A stretch of DNA of 64,000 nucleotides from the NCBI GenBank assembly GCA_036172245.1, contig JAYWIR010000012.1:1922001-1986000 (forward strand), read 5' to 3'. The translations under genes were made by a program, and so were the position numbers. Source of the DNA: Raillietiella orientalis. Its lineage: Eukaryota. Under the pieces are notes generated by a model. The model was not told the DNA's origin. It did no database searches and saw only the letters and a program-made list of their open reading frames with translations. Below are positions 24,450 through 37,300 of the stretch, piece by piece. The stretch's first letter is position 1. Each line of letters starts with the position of its first letter.

Positions 24450-25900
24450 GTCTCTTAAGAGAGCTCCTCTCCCTCCTCCGGAGCATGTGGAAACCGCCTG
24501 ATAATGGGGACGGAGATGAGCAAGACGATCGTCCTCCGCCGCTCTTTCTCCCACACGCGTCGCCCTCCTCGGAGGTTCGCGCCAGGAAAGGTCAGGAACT
24601 TAACAGGATGGGGGGGTTTCCAAAGAGGCGAGGCCCGCTGTCGATTCATCCTCCCGCGGGAGTTTCTTCGGAGCTTGGCATCCCTGTGAACGAAGAGCCA
24701 CCCTGTATGCTGCTTTACAAGCGCTCCACCCGAAGGAAAAGCGGTGTCGTGTCACATTTCTGGGGTCTCTGGACGAGGACGATCCCGCTCACGAAGTGCC
24801 TCCCGGAATTCCCCCTCCCAACCACGTGCTGCCGGTCGACCTGGCGCCACTGGGCGGACGCCCATCTTTGGAGACTTCTAAAAGGGTCCCCATGGGAACA
24901 AAGTGAAAGGGAGGATGGGTAAACCCCCATGGGGATGCAACCCCCAGAGGGTTTCCGGTCCATTCTTCCCTTCCTCTCCCGTGCTTTCCCCCTTTAAGCA
25001 TCCACCACGGCCTTCAGCATGGCGGGTTCAGAACGATGCTCAGAAAGCGGGGATTGCCCTCTGAGAGAGACTGCACGAAAAGTCCCTACAGGACCCGTGC
25101 CGTGCGAATTTTCAGGGAGTCCTGGGGGAAGTCCAGCATCTCATTCCATGAGGGAGTAACGGCAAGGGATTGAAGGGTGAAGCCTCATACTGGTGTCTCT
25201 CGTCAGCCTGACCCTTCTCTAATTTCCTCTTCGACTGCCATTCAGCAATGACCCCTGTCCTAACCCTTTGTCGATCTCTGCCCACCGGCTTCCCCCTTGG
25301 CAACTCCCTTTCAAGATCTGGGAACGAGGCAAGCGAAGCTTATCTCCGGTCAGGGGGATCTTCCAGGAAGGCCAAGACGGACCTCTTTCCCTCCCCCCTC
25401 CCTTCCCTTTCCTTAATCCGCAAGGAACAGCCTGACGATTCCAGGATGGAGGATCTGGCAAGAACTCGCGTGGAATCGACGAAGACTTGACCGATTCAGT
25501 GGCACTCTGGCGCTGCTGGCGCGAGGAGCTAGGAGGGTTCAGAGCGTCGGACGGACAGCTTTCTCGGCCAAGGCCCGATGGCCAGTCGAGCAGCTCAGTC
25601 GACCATCTGAATCCCGACACGCATGCTGGCCCAGCAGAGAGCGAACTCCAGAGAGGAGAAAAGCGGAGGTCAGCCTCGACCACGCACATGATTCGAAAGC
25701 AGGCGGAAGAGATGGGACCTGGGTTCCGGGGTGGAAGTGGAACGTCGAGGCCGAGGCTGGTTGAGGGGCCCTCGTGTTCCCTTCCTACCAGCGAAGCCTC
25801 CGACCAGGAAGTTGCGCGTTGCTTCTTCTGGAGAGGAGGCGTCTCTTTGCTCCCTGTGCTTCATCTGCCCCGGTCTCCGCCTTTCGGGATTCATCCGTCA
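24450..25900 (-). mobile_element. Highly decayed L1/Tx1-like endonuclease region
   Basis: Shares gagcgaactccagag with ~45180; weak - strand relics (FSPLWSS..., FLTFPGAN...). Confidence 0.3.
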
Positions 25901-26479
25901 TCACTCGTCACAAAGGTACCTCAGTCAGCCACGATCGGGAACAGTCGGGTCCGGGTGGAGGCAATCCAAAGTGATCGTCACGTGACTTTGGAGAGAGAAA
26001 TTCCGGAAGGGAGCTCTCGTGGAGCCTCCCACCCTTCCTCCCTCTAGGGAGCAGCGACTCCCAATTCAGGCAACCTTCAGGGAACCTGCGCATCACCCAC
26101 CTGAGTTCCAACCTCGACTTTTCCCTTTCTAGACGCCGTGTCACATCGTTCAAAGGGTTTCCGCACTTCCGGGCAGCCTCTTTTTTTCTCTAGCACCTCC
26201 CTTTGCTGCCGACTAGTCGCCGCCAGCCTGACTACCAGGTGATCGGCTTGCCTACGGTATCCAGGTATGCATGGGTTCGGCCTCCTTCCCAACATAGAGA
26301 TTCGCCACCACTGCACGACCGAGCTTCGCAAAAGGGAGGCTGGCGGTGTTTCCGCGCCTCCTCATTCGGAGCCCCGGGGAAAGACCCGCAATACTAGCTC
26401 ATTCCGTGAGGGGAACGCAGCATGCCACAGTCGATCGATCCCTGCAGAGAATCAACAGCACCAGGGAACCACGAAACCA

Positions 26480-27400
26480 TCCTTCAAGATATAGGAGTGG
26501 TTTGGTTAAAAAAGAAAAAAGAAAAAAAAATTATCTGCCTCCTTAGACCATCGTTCCAAGAGGAGCAGCAGGAGGCGACCTCGTCACAATCGCCGGTTCC
26601 CAGGATTCAAAAGAATCTGCTGGAGTTTTCCTTTCGCGTGGAAGAGCTCCTTCCAGAGATTTTGCTTGTCTCAAAGACTTTGGGACGGTTTATCATGAGC
26701 AGATACACCACCATGCATCAGAGGGAACGGAATCATACCGGGATCAATGCCAAGCAAAAAGAGCCAGTTTTCTGGTAGGGAAATGAGGTGATGTTATTGA
26801 TTTATTGAAGAGCTGATAAGGCATTCTGGAAGTTCAGTTCGTGCAAAAAAATGAACTGAACCTGCAGAGTGCAAGATTTGACGATAAGAGGCTGCTTTTC
26901 TTGTCAAAAAATGACAGGATATGCTAGGCTCTTATCGTTAAACTTTAGCGACTCTCAATAGCAAAGAGAAGAGCGTTATGCACATAACCAGCGGCTATAG
27001 GCATGACGCTCCAACACCATACTCCACACTGCGAAGCGAAAAAGTTACTCTGGGGAACCTTCCAGCTCGCAGGTAAAAGGTGTATATCTTATCTCGGTCT
27101 TGAATTGGCAGCAAGAGAATTCCATTTGCTTCACATCTGGAGGCTCATCTCCTACAATGCTGATGAACAGGAGGCTGCCAGGAGCTGTTTACAAGCTAAG
27201 GGTTCCCGCGTTCTACTCGACTGGATACGAGGAGCTCGTCTCCCGCGACGGCTGAAATCGGAATCTGCAAGTGGCTGAAATGATTTAACAATGTGACGTA
27301 GGAGAGCAGCAGAAGGCTATTTTTATACCGGTAATACTTGCTGATCTCGTAATGGAATTGGTTTCTTGACAACTTGTCAGCTTGTAGACAGCCCTTCCGA
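26480..27400. mobile_element. AT-richer decayed transposon-derived segment, class ambiguous
   Basis: Readable either as hAT/SPIN-like transposase relics on + (DDKRLLFLS, KKLLWGTFQL) or as CR1-like RT relics on - (NHFSHLQ, KVPQ..YGVG); not resolvable by eye. Confidence 0.3.
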
Positions 27401-27422
27401 TTTATGTGCACAGCGTGGGGAA

Positions 27423-27554
27423 CTCGGCGCGCCATTGTTGCACCGCCTCGGCGCGGAGCGCATTGTTGCACCGCCTCGGCGCGGAGCGCATTGTTGCACC
27501 GCCTCGGCGCGGAGCGCATTGTTGCACCACCTCGGCGCAGAGCGCATTGTTGCA
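27423..27554. repeat. 28-bp minisatellite, ~4.5 copies
   Basis: Unit cattgttgcaccgcctcggcgcggagcg starts at 27433, 27461, 27489, 27517 (2 substitutions) and 27545 (partial). Confidence 0.95.
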
Positions 27555-27599
27555 TGAAAACGCTGCCGGCAGCAGTGCCACCCGCTCTGTTTGATGCGC

Positions 27600-28400
27600 T
27601 GCTGCGAGTCATTTTCCCTATCTTTCATTTGCGGCTGCTACGTGGTGACATATCTACTCGTGATCGCGGGATCGGGCAGCCTTGCAGGTGGCACGGGGAC
27701 TCCGTCGCACAGCCTGAGCTCTTCGAGAGCCTCCGCGGCCTCGCGCTGGCTTTTCCGAGCGACGTGCCCATCAGTTGCGTCACGCGTCCAGCGCGCGCTC
27801 TCTCCGCGAGATGTGACCGGCTTCTCGAGCAGGCTTGCCAGGGCGAGCGTGGAATCTCCCGGATCTTCCGGCAGCAGACCCAACGGCGACTGCGTTTTTT
27901 CCCTTCCCCGCGTGCGGCGGCGGGGAAGAGCTTCGATACCGAGCGAGAGAGCTTCAACTGCCTGGGGGCGAAAGCGGGCTGGCCGGAAAAGTTGTGCAGT
28001 CACTCCGGAGATAAAATCTCTTGAGGAAGCACATCAGAATCCCACTTTATGGGGCAGGAAGATGCCCCGTGTCTTCCCGAAGCGCAGGAACTCCCCGCGA
28101 CTGCATCCTATCCCATAAAAAGGGGATGCCAGGAAGCTTTCCGGAGACGTCCCGTTGTATCCAAGGCGCGGAGGATCGGGTTGTGCTTGCAACAATGTCA
28201 AAGACCTTCTTTACGATCCCAGATTTCGGCAGCTATGATCCTAGGGTCCAGAAGAGGAAGATGATTCAGCTTCTTGTTCAGCATTTAGAGGTCGCAATGG
28301 ATTTCCGGTTCCACTAAAGGACGGTTTAATGGGCTTCCTCGAAGTCCCGGTCAATTGGAATTGCCTTGCATCCACGATAAATTATTTCCATAGCAGCGGC
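27600..28400 (-). mobile_element. Decayed non-LTR RT fragment
   Basis: - strand IVKKVFDIV (~DVKKAFD.V), FLWDR, VLPQEILSP..HNF (~VPQGSILSP.LFN). Confidence 0.4.
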
Positions 28401-29377
28401 GCGATGACAATGGGGAAGGTCCCGGAGACGAATGAGCCTCCGGGAGGCAGGAACGCGTGAGCGACTGGAAACGAGCTGTTTTAGTGCGGACGTGCCTACC
28501 TCCCCTCCTCCCCCGTTCCAGCTCCTTACCTCCTCCTCCTCCTCCCCCGACCCACTTCTTCCCGCTCCGCCGTAGGGTCTGGCGCATGCTCCTCCTTTGC
28601 TTCCCGCTCATGCGGAGGATTTTTCCGGGATTCGTGGACTGTCCTTCCTTCCCTCCCGCCCTTCTGGCTACCCCTGCTCCATCTCTTCCGTCTCCTTTTC
28701 GTCTTCTACCGGCACCCCAAGGCGCAGCTGGAGGGATGTGCGTGCTGCTGCCGATGCTCGCGGCTATTGCCTTATTCTGAAGAGGGGCGGAGGGGGTAGT
28801 GCTGTCCGGAAGAAACGGATGCCACTCCTCGCCTTCCCTGAGTATTCCCTGGACACCGCATCCTGGAGGGAGGGACGCCGCAGGGATCCTGGCTGCGGAG
28901 AGCCAACAGAAGGCAAGGGGATGAGAAGGCCTTCAGAACCCCTTCCTCTTCTTGGCTGTTTTGGGGGCACCTCGTTGGAGGAGGCTTCCCCAGCACTGTG
29001 AGCGGCCTCCTTTCCTCCCCATCGTCTCCGCCGTCTTCCGGGAAGGAACGCGCGGGACGCCGCACTCCCGCCTCCGACGCCTACCGAGTGGGGAAGAACC
29101 ACTGGACCCGGGAACTCCTCGCGGAGCCCGGAAGGATGTCCCAGAGCAGCCTTGCGGGATACGCTGCCGTCCCCAGCGAAAACTTGGGGAGAAAGGGGAG
29201 GGGGGAGCGGTTTCCCTGCGGGTCTCCCGGGAAGGGCCACGAGAGTTTCCACCCGGGTGCGTCGGGGCGTTCATTTAAGCAAACAGACATCTACAGTTTT
29301 TGTTATAAGGCCGGTTGTTCAACCACGCCCATTTCGAAGGGAACCTACAGGGTTGTTGGTACGCGGACCTATTGGGT

Positions 29378-30720
29378 ACGCCCCGGCAGCAGAGAGGGAG
29401 GGAGCTAACAAATAAATAAATAAATTTGGGAGGGTGGGAGGAGGGATCAAGTTCTGCTGGGGGCTGTCCTTTGCATCCTTTCGAGGATGCCGGCAAGCTC
29501 TCTCTGCATAATTTCCGGGAGGGGCCATCTTGTTGCCATGCTCATGAAGTGGACGGCAAAGTGGATGTGGCACCCTTGTCTCTGTCCTCTTCTTGCATCG
29601 CTCCAGGCAGTCATAATCCCGCGTAGGCAGCAGAGAGCTGCTGGAGGGACTGCCGGCCGAAGAGTGTCGCTTACGAAGAGGGGCTCAACAGCGTCTCTCT
29701 GATTGCCGCCGGGAATTCCCAGGGTCGCGGCAAAGCGCTCGCAAAGGGGCCGGAGGGCAGCACAATCCAGAAGAAGGTGCAGGAGGGAGCCACGTTCCCC
29801 GCACCTGACAGTTGGGGTCCAGTGATGCCTGCGGGCGTTGCATGGGAAACCCCAGTGCAGCAGCATCCACGCAGACTCCTGCCACTACAAAGGGAGGATG
29901 TGAGTGATCAAGAGCACGGGGGGTCACTGCAGGTCTTCCGAGCTCGCTTAGCGCAGAAGTCCTCGGGGTGGGACACCCGGGGTCGTAGCGTCTGTGAGCT
30001 GACTCGTCGTCCACTCACCCAGTGCTTTCCTCCTGGCGGAGATTTCCACCGAGACCTTCCATCTTGCCGCAAGGCTGCTGCCCATGTGCTCCCTTAGGGA
30101 GAGCAGAGCTGCGGCGAAAGGGATTCTACCTGCTCACCACTCTTTCAGGGATGTTTCATGATCTCCCGGAGCGTGCAGCTGTTGTAGGACCCGTGAAGGA
30201 ATCGTTGCTCCTGTTCCGGACGTCTCTCCTCGTTCCTTGCCCAAGTGCGAACGGTTTCCTGGAACCAGGAACAACCATTCGTGCGGTAGCAGGAGGTTCA
30301 GCTGTCGCGGGCCTTCGTCAGGGTTGCCACCCTCTGGAGCTTCAGTACGCAGTGGGAGACGTTGCGCTGACGGTGCGCAAGGAAGGACGCGCGTCCTTCG
30401 CTCCCGGTGGCTTGCAGGACGAGGAAGAGTTCAGCGTAGCACCAGGTGGAGCTCCAAAACTTCGCCAAGAAGACGAGGAGGGAGGGCAGGAGGTGGAGGT
30501 GTGCTTCCCGCCGCTTCCGAGTGCGAGGAAGAAGAGGGAGCAGTACCCAGGGGCGAGGCTCGGAAAGGCTCCTATGACGTCCTGCTGTTCCGATCGGGAG
30601 CCGCGCGGGTGCGACCTGGGTACTTCTGCGATGGCATCGCACGCCTCGCGGGTGGGAGGCTCGCAAGTTGTGGCAGTGCCCTCATCGGACCCGCAATGTC
30701 GTTCCTGGGATGCTACCTGT
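29378..30720 (-). mobile_element. 3' end of an L1/Tx1-like non-LTR element (CCHC zinc-finger region + TTTA-rich 3' UTR)
   Basis: ORF 29447-29866(-) contains RCGERGSLLHLLLDC, typical of the C-terminal zinc knuckle of L1-clade ORF2. It is followed by (TTTA)n; a second copy lies at 63741-64000. Confidence 0.55.
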
Positions 30721-33289
30721 CCATGAGGCAGCGCCATCAGGAGGGAGCCGCGCGCTTCGCCCTCGAGTGTGCCCCGGGGGCGCTCGCGTCACCGGGTCGC
30801 CCCGCGCCGGAGAATGCGGAGGTGCATTGAGGAGGGGGGGGAGCACGCGCGGGAGATGGAGAGAGAGGAGGTAGTGGAGAGGACTGGAGCGCCTCCGGAG
30901 ATAGCGGTTGCTGGAAGCCGGGAGCACCGTCGCCGCTGCGCCAGTGGAAGGTCTGCCCCGTCTCGGTGGTGGGGGTGGGGAGGAGGGGGGTAAGGGAGGA
31001 GACTTCGTGTCGCCTCAGGCAGCCTGGAAGCGGAACCTTCCCGAGCCACTGCAGCCGGCCTACGAAAAATGGGATGGGGGGCGGCGTGGGGGTCCAGAGG
31101 GGAACCCGCACTCCTCGTTTCCCTCCGGAGGCTCCCGCTAGCGATCGCGGAAGGATGGGTCCCTGCCACCCTAGGAGGAGGAGAGCTAACGCTGGAGGTG
31201 GCGCCAGGAGGAGGCGGTCCTTTTTCTCCGCCTCTCCAGAGCTGGCCCTCTCCCGGAGGAGTGGGTCGGCCCGGTGAGGGCCGCGGCTTCCCCGGCAGCG
31301 CCGCAAGGAGTGCTCCCGTCCACCGGGCGGCGGCACCGGGACCTCAGAGGTCGAAGAGGGAGCAGGAAGAAGAGGAGTGGCGAGCCGGACTCTCCCATCC
31401 TCGCTCTGCCGCCTTCTCTTCGAGGTTCCTCGCGAAGCGCCTCAGGCGGCGGTGGCACACGGGGGTCTCTTCTGATCCCGGGGAGTAGGCAGGGGCAGGG
31501 AGCGGGGCCGTTTACATCTCTTCGAGGAGAATTCCTTTCTCTCCTGCCTCCTGGTGCCCCTTTCTCCCCCTCCTTCCCGCTTCCTGGAATTGGGATCAGA
31601 GGCCAGGGGTGAAGAGGATGAAGGAAGGCGAGGAAGAGGCGTCCTTCCACCCCAGTGGCCGACACACGGCTCATCCCATTCTCCTTCGACCCCTTTCCCT
31701 TCCTGCCCTCTCTCCTGGGAACTCGGCACATCCCGCCAGTTTCCCGTGGAATGGGTGGATCTCCGCTTCTCTCCCGCTTCCCTCCCTTTCCTAGAGAGAG
31801 AAAAGGGCTCCCTACACCACATTCAACGTCTTTCGGGAAGGAGGGGGTCTCTATTCTTATGTATCCCCCTTTCCTCCAGCACCAGACCCACCCGTTCCGC
31901 TCAAAAGGCGCTCTTCTAGAGCCGGGGGGTGCCGCCGTCCTTTCCATTCCTTTCCTCCCGGTAAGCGCCACATCTCTACGCTAGCGGAGATGAGGATCGG
32001 ACCAGATTCTACTCCTACTCCCTACGAAGCGCGCACCTGACTCGTAGGGATCCTGGGAGCAGGTTGGCAGTCGAGGGAAGGGGGAGGTCCTTCTCTTGGT
32101 ACCGCCCTCTCCTCCTCTGCCACCCACGCGCTTCGCCGTCCCAGAGCCAGACTACCCCTGCTGTCCCTTTCTTCTCGAGGTGAGAACTCCGAGTCCTCCC
32201 GAAAGAGTCTCGCGTAGGTCCTGGCTTGGGACAGTCTCCAAAGTCCCCGGAGGCGCGCGACCTCGCGTGGACGGCGGGAGAAAGGCGCGCAAGGCTCGCC
32301 GCAAGGACCCACCAGGAGATGGTGCGGTGCGCGCAGCCCTCCTCGCGCTCGCGCGCGCGCAAGCGTCCGCCCTTCCTCCGCCTCCTTCGCCCAGCGAGGC
32401 TCTTTTTGCTTCTTTTCGACGATCCCCCTTCTCCGGCTGGTGTTTTCCCCTCGTTGCCTGGAGACGAGTCACAAACGAGCCTCGTCTCTCGTCTCTGGGT
32501 CGTAACGCGCTCGCGTCCTTCGCGCTGGTGAAGACGAGCGCGTGCGCGTGGCCTTACTCATGCACTCGCCCAGGGGAATAGAAGTTTGAAAGGGGGAGGA
32601 GGGGGAGAGAAGCAGCAGGAGGAGGAGCATCATCATCAGTGGCGGCGGCAGTTCCTCTGGACACGGATAGAGTCGCGCCGCTTCCCCAAGCGCGCGCTGC
32701 CTCAAGGCTTCCGCGCGCTCGCGGCATCTTCCGGCGGTCAAAATAACCACCGCCGAGCGGCCGCGCGGGTTTCTGGTGAGCGTGCCCCAAGGGAACCCCG
32801 GCAGGACCGGTGACGTGGACCCCTCTGCAAAAGTCTCTCCCTCTTCCTCCCTAGTGGGGTTTCCAAGAAACCTTTCCCTCTCTCCCCTTCCCGTCATTTC
32901 TTTCAGGTCTCCACTCTGTGGGAGCGGTCGGAGAAGAGGTAAGGTGGGGAGGGGGAAGGAGAGGCACACCCTCAGGAACGAGCTGGGGAACGGCGCTTAC
33001 TCGCCAGCGCTCCTCCTCTTACAAGGGGTCAACAGGAAGATCGCGGCCCAATCTACAGAAGCGACGCGCACGCGAGTCGCGCGGACAGCGAGTGGCGACG
33101 GGCAGCTCGCTGTGCAACGGCTGCGTCTTCGGAACGGTCACCCGGGCAACGAGCAGCCCACATCCAGACGCCAGGCCTCGCACCTGGAACCGCGGCGATC
33201 CTCCGTGGCGGCGGTGGTGGCCTCGGCCGGCCGTCCTGCCGACCGGCAGGCGGGCGGGAGGGCCCGCGTTCGCGCCCGCGGGCCTTCGT

Positions 33290-33881
33290 GGACCAATCAG
33301 CACGCCGCTCTCCGAGGCGGCGGACGTTCCCACGTTTTTTCTGCCTCCCGCGGGCTTCGCCTCGTGCCAGTGTGACGGCGGCTGCGTGCCGCGAGGTGGC
33401 AGTGTAGTGAGGTCGCGATGGTGAGGTGTCCCTCCGTTGCGCGGCGATTCCCTCGGGGGAATCGGGGAAGAGCGGGAAGGGTGTGCGCGGGAGAGGAAGG
33501 TGGATGAGATTTCTGGGAGCTTCCTCTGCGCGCCCTGTTTCTGGAGGGCTGGGGCTGGGACCGACGGGAGGCCCTTCTTGCTCCTCCCTCTCCCGCTGGC
33601 AGCCCCCCCTCCCTTCGGGAAAGTCGTGGCTGGTGGGGGGGAGGGAGAAGAGCAAGAAAAAGTGGGGCGCGCGCCCTTCCACCCGTATCGGTAAAACCGC
33701 CGCTGCCATGGAAACCGCTTCGCTCGAGGGACGCCTTGCTCCCTGCCGAGCGAAAGGGGGGGGAATCCCGTGTCTGAGCGTTCCGCCCTTCTGCCACCTT
33801 CGCCCGCGGGTGGACATCCACTGTGTCTACTGGGGAGTTCAGTGGACAACCCTGCCTCACCTAACTCGTTGTCTCTTGCAG
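33290..33881 (+). promoter_or_regulatory. Candidate promoter and 5' UTR intron of the nahoda-like gene
   Basis: CCAAT at 33293 in a CpG-rich stretch; possible donor atg|gtgagg at 33421; branch point + acceptor ctaac..tctcttgcag ending at 33881, ~300 nt before the ATG. Confidence 0.3.
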
Positions 33882-34178
33882 CTTCTCTGGACCGCAGCTG
33901 CCTCCAGCCGCCGCCTCCGCTCTCCTCCTCCGCCCTCGGCGTGACCCCCGAGCGCCTTCCTCGCCTTCAACCCTTCCTCCACCACCGCCGCCGCAGCCTC
34001 CCAGTAGGAGGCGCCTGCCCCCCTCCTCCCCCCCCTCCTCCTCTCCCTCGTGCCGCCTCGTCGCCCCCGCTCGCCACCGCACTTTCGCCCGCACGCCCCC
34101 TCGAACCTCCGCAGCCCGCGCAGTGCGGAGGAAGCCCGCGTCCCGTGATGGGGATGCTGTGAGTGCCCGCCGAACCCT

Positions 34179-34350
34179 ATGGATCGGAAGACGGTTTTCG
34201 CACTCCTGTGCGTCGGCGCCGCCGTCGCCAGCGGGTGGTGGTGGCGCTGCTGTCTCGCCCACGTCGCCCTCACCTTCCCCCCCGCCAGGAGGTTCGACCT
34301 CGACTTCCTGGACAACGTCCGGACCAAAGGACCATGCGGGATGCCCCGCG
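34179..34350 (+). CDS. nahoda: Nahoda-like exon 1 (signal peptide + N-terminal His motif)
   Basis: MDRKTVFALLCVGAAVASGWWWRCCLA|HVALTFPPAR...; donor G|gtgagt. Confidence 0.9.
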
Positions 34351-37300
34351 GTGAGTTGGCGCGCTCGCGACCTCTGCGGGCGAGAGTGGACCAAAGCTCG
34401 CCCTCCGCGGGAGAGAAGACGGCGCGCGGGAGCGTCGGCAAATCGCCGCGAAAACTCCTTACTCCCCCCGCCCCCAAACTCTCCCCTTTCGCAGGAGGAG
34501 AGGGTAAAGGGGACCGCCTACGGAGACGCGCGCAGGCCTCTACACCGCCCCAGTCCGCCGCCAGCGACTCAAGGCACGCGGCCTCGGAGACTCCTCCGCG
34601 CTCTTTCTGCCCTCAGGCCGCAGGCTCGTCGCCGTCGCCTGTCATCCTCCGCCCTCCCCCCCCCACCTGCTGCGACATGTCTTCTCTCCCCTCCTTCCCC
34701 CCCTCCTCCTTGCGATCCCTCACCACCGCTCGTGCACCTGCGCTTCCCTTCGGAACGCTTCTACCGCCGGCCACCGCGCGTCGCTGGCAGCAGTACGGTC
34801 CCGCCGGTTCCCCACCCGGAGGAATGCTCTTTCCTGGGAAGAGAAGGGTGGTCCGAAGAGGACATCGCTGCGGTGCACGTCGCAGCAGGTAGCGACGGAG
34901 GCGGCGGTGGCTGGTCATTCGGCAACCGGGGGAAGCAGGGTGAGCAGAGTCGGGAAGGGTCGAAAGGACCGCATGGTCGGATGCGGGGCAGTCCGGGTCC
35001 TCGCCGGAGCGCAGCGGGCGGTGCCTGCTGATGGGAAGCATCCCAGAGAGGGGCAGGAAGGGGCAGCAGCGCAGGGGTCGCGCTTGGTGCTCCCTCAGGG
35101 GGAACCGAGTCACACCCTTCGCTGCCTCCGCGAAAGAAAGCAGTGCGCGTGCAGCTTCCCGCTTGACTGGTCCGACAAAGCATTCTCGTGGGCTCATAGA
35201 GGGGCGGCGGATGGGGATAGGGGGCCCGCGAGTGAGGGACAAGAAGACCCGGAGACCACGTTGGGGGCGGACCTAGGCGACCAACTCTGAACCTGGTCTC
35301 CAGGAAACTTTCTGGCTGGCCTTCCCGCAAGGCGACCGACCTGGGGGCAGCGGGGCCGCAGGCTACCCCCTTGCCCTGCGTTCTCTGCTGTCCGAGCCTG
35401 CCGGACGCGGCTTCGCTCCCTGACGAAGGACCCAAGGCGACCTTGGAACGTCTTCCGCATCCGACGAGCGAAGGGAGGCTTCTGTCAGGATCGCCACGCG
35501 CTGCCGAAGCGGAGACGCTGCGATCCCCATTGCGGGCGGGTCGCGTCGCTGGCGCTGTCTTCCCCCCCGGAACCCTTCCCGACCCACCCAGCCTCAGGGA
35601 GCTGCGGCAGCATTTCTCGCAGCGGCTGCGTTCGTGGGAGCTTCTCCGACGACAGCGCCACCGCACTTGCGCCGGTCGGCATGGAAACCTCCCGGGCTGC
35701 TGCTGCTCCCTTTCCTCTGCAGGAGACTCCCCCTCTCCCTTTCTCCCCCCGCTGACGCCTCAGATCCTCGCTCGAGGAATCGCACCGCACTTGCCGAAAG
35801 AAAGAGGGGCCCCAGAACCCACGGAAAGGCGGATGCTCTCCGCAGCCGCTTTTCCCGACGAAGAGTGTTTTTCCTGAGAACTCCCGAGTCCCGGATCGTG
35901 CAAGCGCGCCAAGAAGCGGCGGAAGGCGACTCCTCGAGACCCTCCCCCGAATGCCTGATCCCTGAAACACCCTGTCGCCTTCTTTTTCACCCGTTAGGCA
36001 TCCGAGGACTCGCGTTCCTGAGGGACGCCCTCTCCGAAGGACGGTGCGGTCACCCCTCGGAGGCGAGGAAACCGCCAGCAGGGGGAGACGAGCGCGTCCC
36101 TTGCGGCGGTCTCCAAGGAAACCGACTGCCCTCCCTCCCCCTCTCTCCTTCCTTCCCTTTCGTTCCGTCCCGTCTGAGATCCCCGCTCGAGGACCGAAGA
36201 AGTCGGCCTTCCCTTGCGCTTCCGGAAGGACCTGGCAGAGTTGCCAGCAGCGAGCAAGGTGAGGTGGTGACCTCCCACGTCGGACCTGCGGGCTGCGGTC
36301 GGAGACCGGGCCAGACAGTGGTTTCCTTAGGGCCATCCGAATCTCCCTGGAACATCTTCCTCCTCTTCCTCCTGATCCAGCGACGTCCCGGCTCCCGACT
36401 GGCCGTTCCCCGTGGGGTGCGCGCCCAGAACTTGAGCAGGATGCGTCTCCTCCCTCGCTCGCGGGGCCAAAGCTATTGGGCCCAATGTACCCGATTCCCC
36501 CCATCCAACTTTGATCGATAGCTTCGCTGCCGCTGCCGTTCCTGCGCGGGGGAGGGGTGCGCGGCGATGCGTGCCAGACCCGAGCGCGGGTCGTCGGGAA
36601 CCTCCCCCGGACCGCTTTCACGGTTCGCTCCGCTCCTAGCCGGGCGGCGAAGAGTCCCTCCTCCTCCCTGCCGGCTGCTCCCGCGCGGAACGGAGGCGCC
36701 TCTGATTGATTGGTTGCGCCACGAAACCTGGCGGGCGTCGGCGGGGGATAGGAAAAGCCGGGTGAAAGTCGCGGAGCCGAGCGGCGCGGACGACGCGACG
36801 TCTCGCCCGCCTGCCGTCCGTCCGTCCGCGGCGGGGTCGGCGCCAGCGCTGGAAGAGGAATGGGAAGCAATGCGCCGCGGGACGCCTGCCTCCCGCCCGA
36901 GCTGTCCCGCCGCTGCGCGCGTGCGCAGAGAGCCGGCGTCGCTTTGCCGCTCGCGTCGCGTCCTCCTGCGCGTCCCCTCAGGGTTGCCAGGCGTCGCCGC
37001 CCGTCCGCCTTCCGTCCGCACGGTTGTCGGCGCGCGCGCATGCCTGGAGGAGGACGGGAGCGACCGGTCGCCGAAAGGAGCGCACCCATCCTTTTCGGGA
37101 GCCGCTCGGAGCGCGGAGGTCGCGGCGCACGCGCGCAGCTTCCCTCCGCTTTCCCAATGCGGTCGCCACGGGATTGCTGGCGGCGTGCCCGTCAGCTCGT
37201 TGCCGAGTTCCCCCGATGCGAAGGCAACCCGTCGCTAGAAGTGCGGGAACGCGGAAGCGACGAGGATCTGCCCCCTTCTTTCCCCCTCCCCCCTTCCGGA

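Noticed and set aside
27423..27554. CRISPR-like 28-bp repeats
   Set aside because: The units are directly adjacent with no spacers, there are no cas genes, and the context is eukaryotic.
35485..37089. 534-aa ORF on - inside nahoda-like intron 1
   Set aside because: R/G/A/P-rich with no domain motif; expected from stop-codon scarcity at very high GC.
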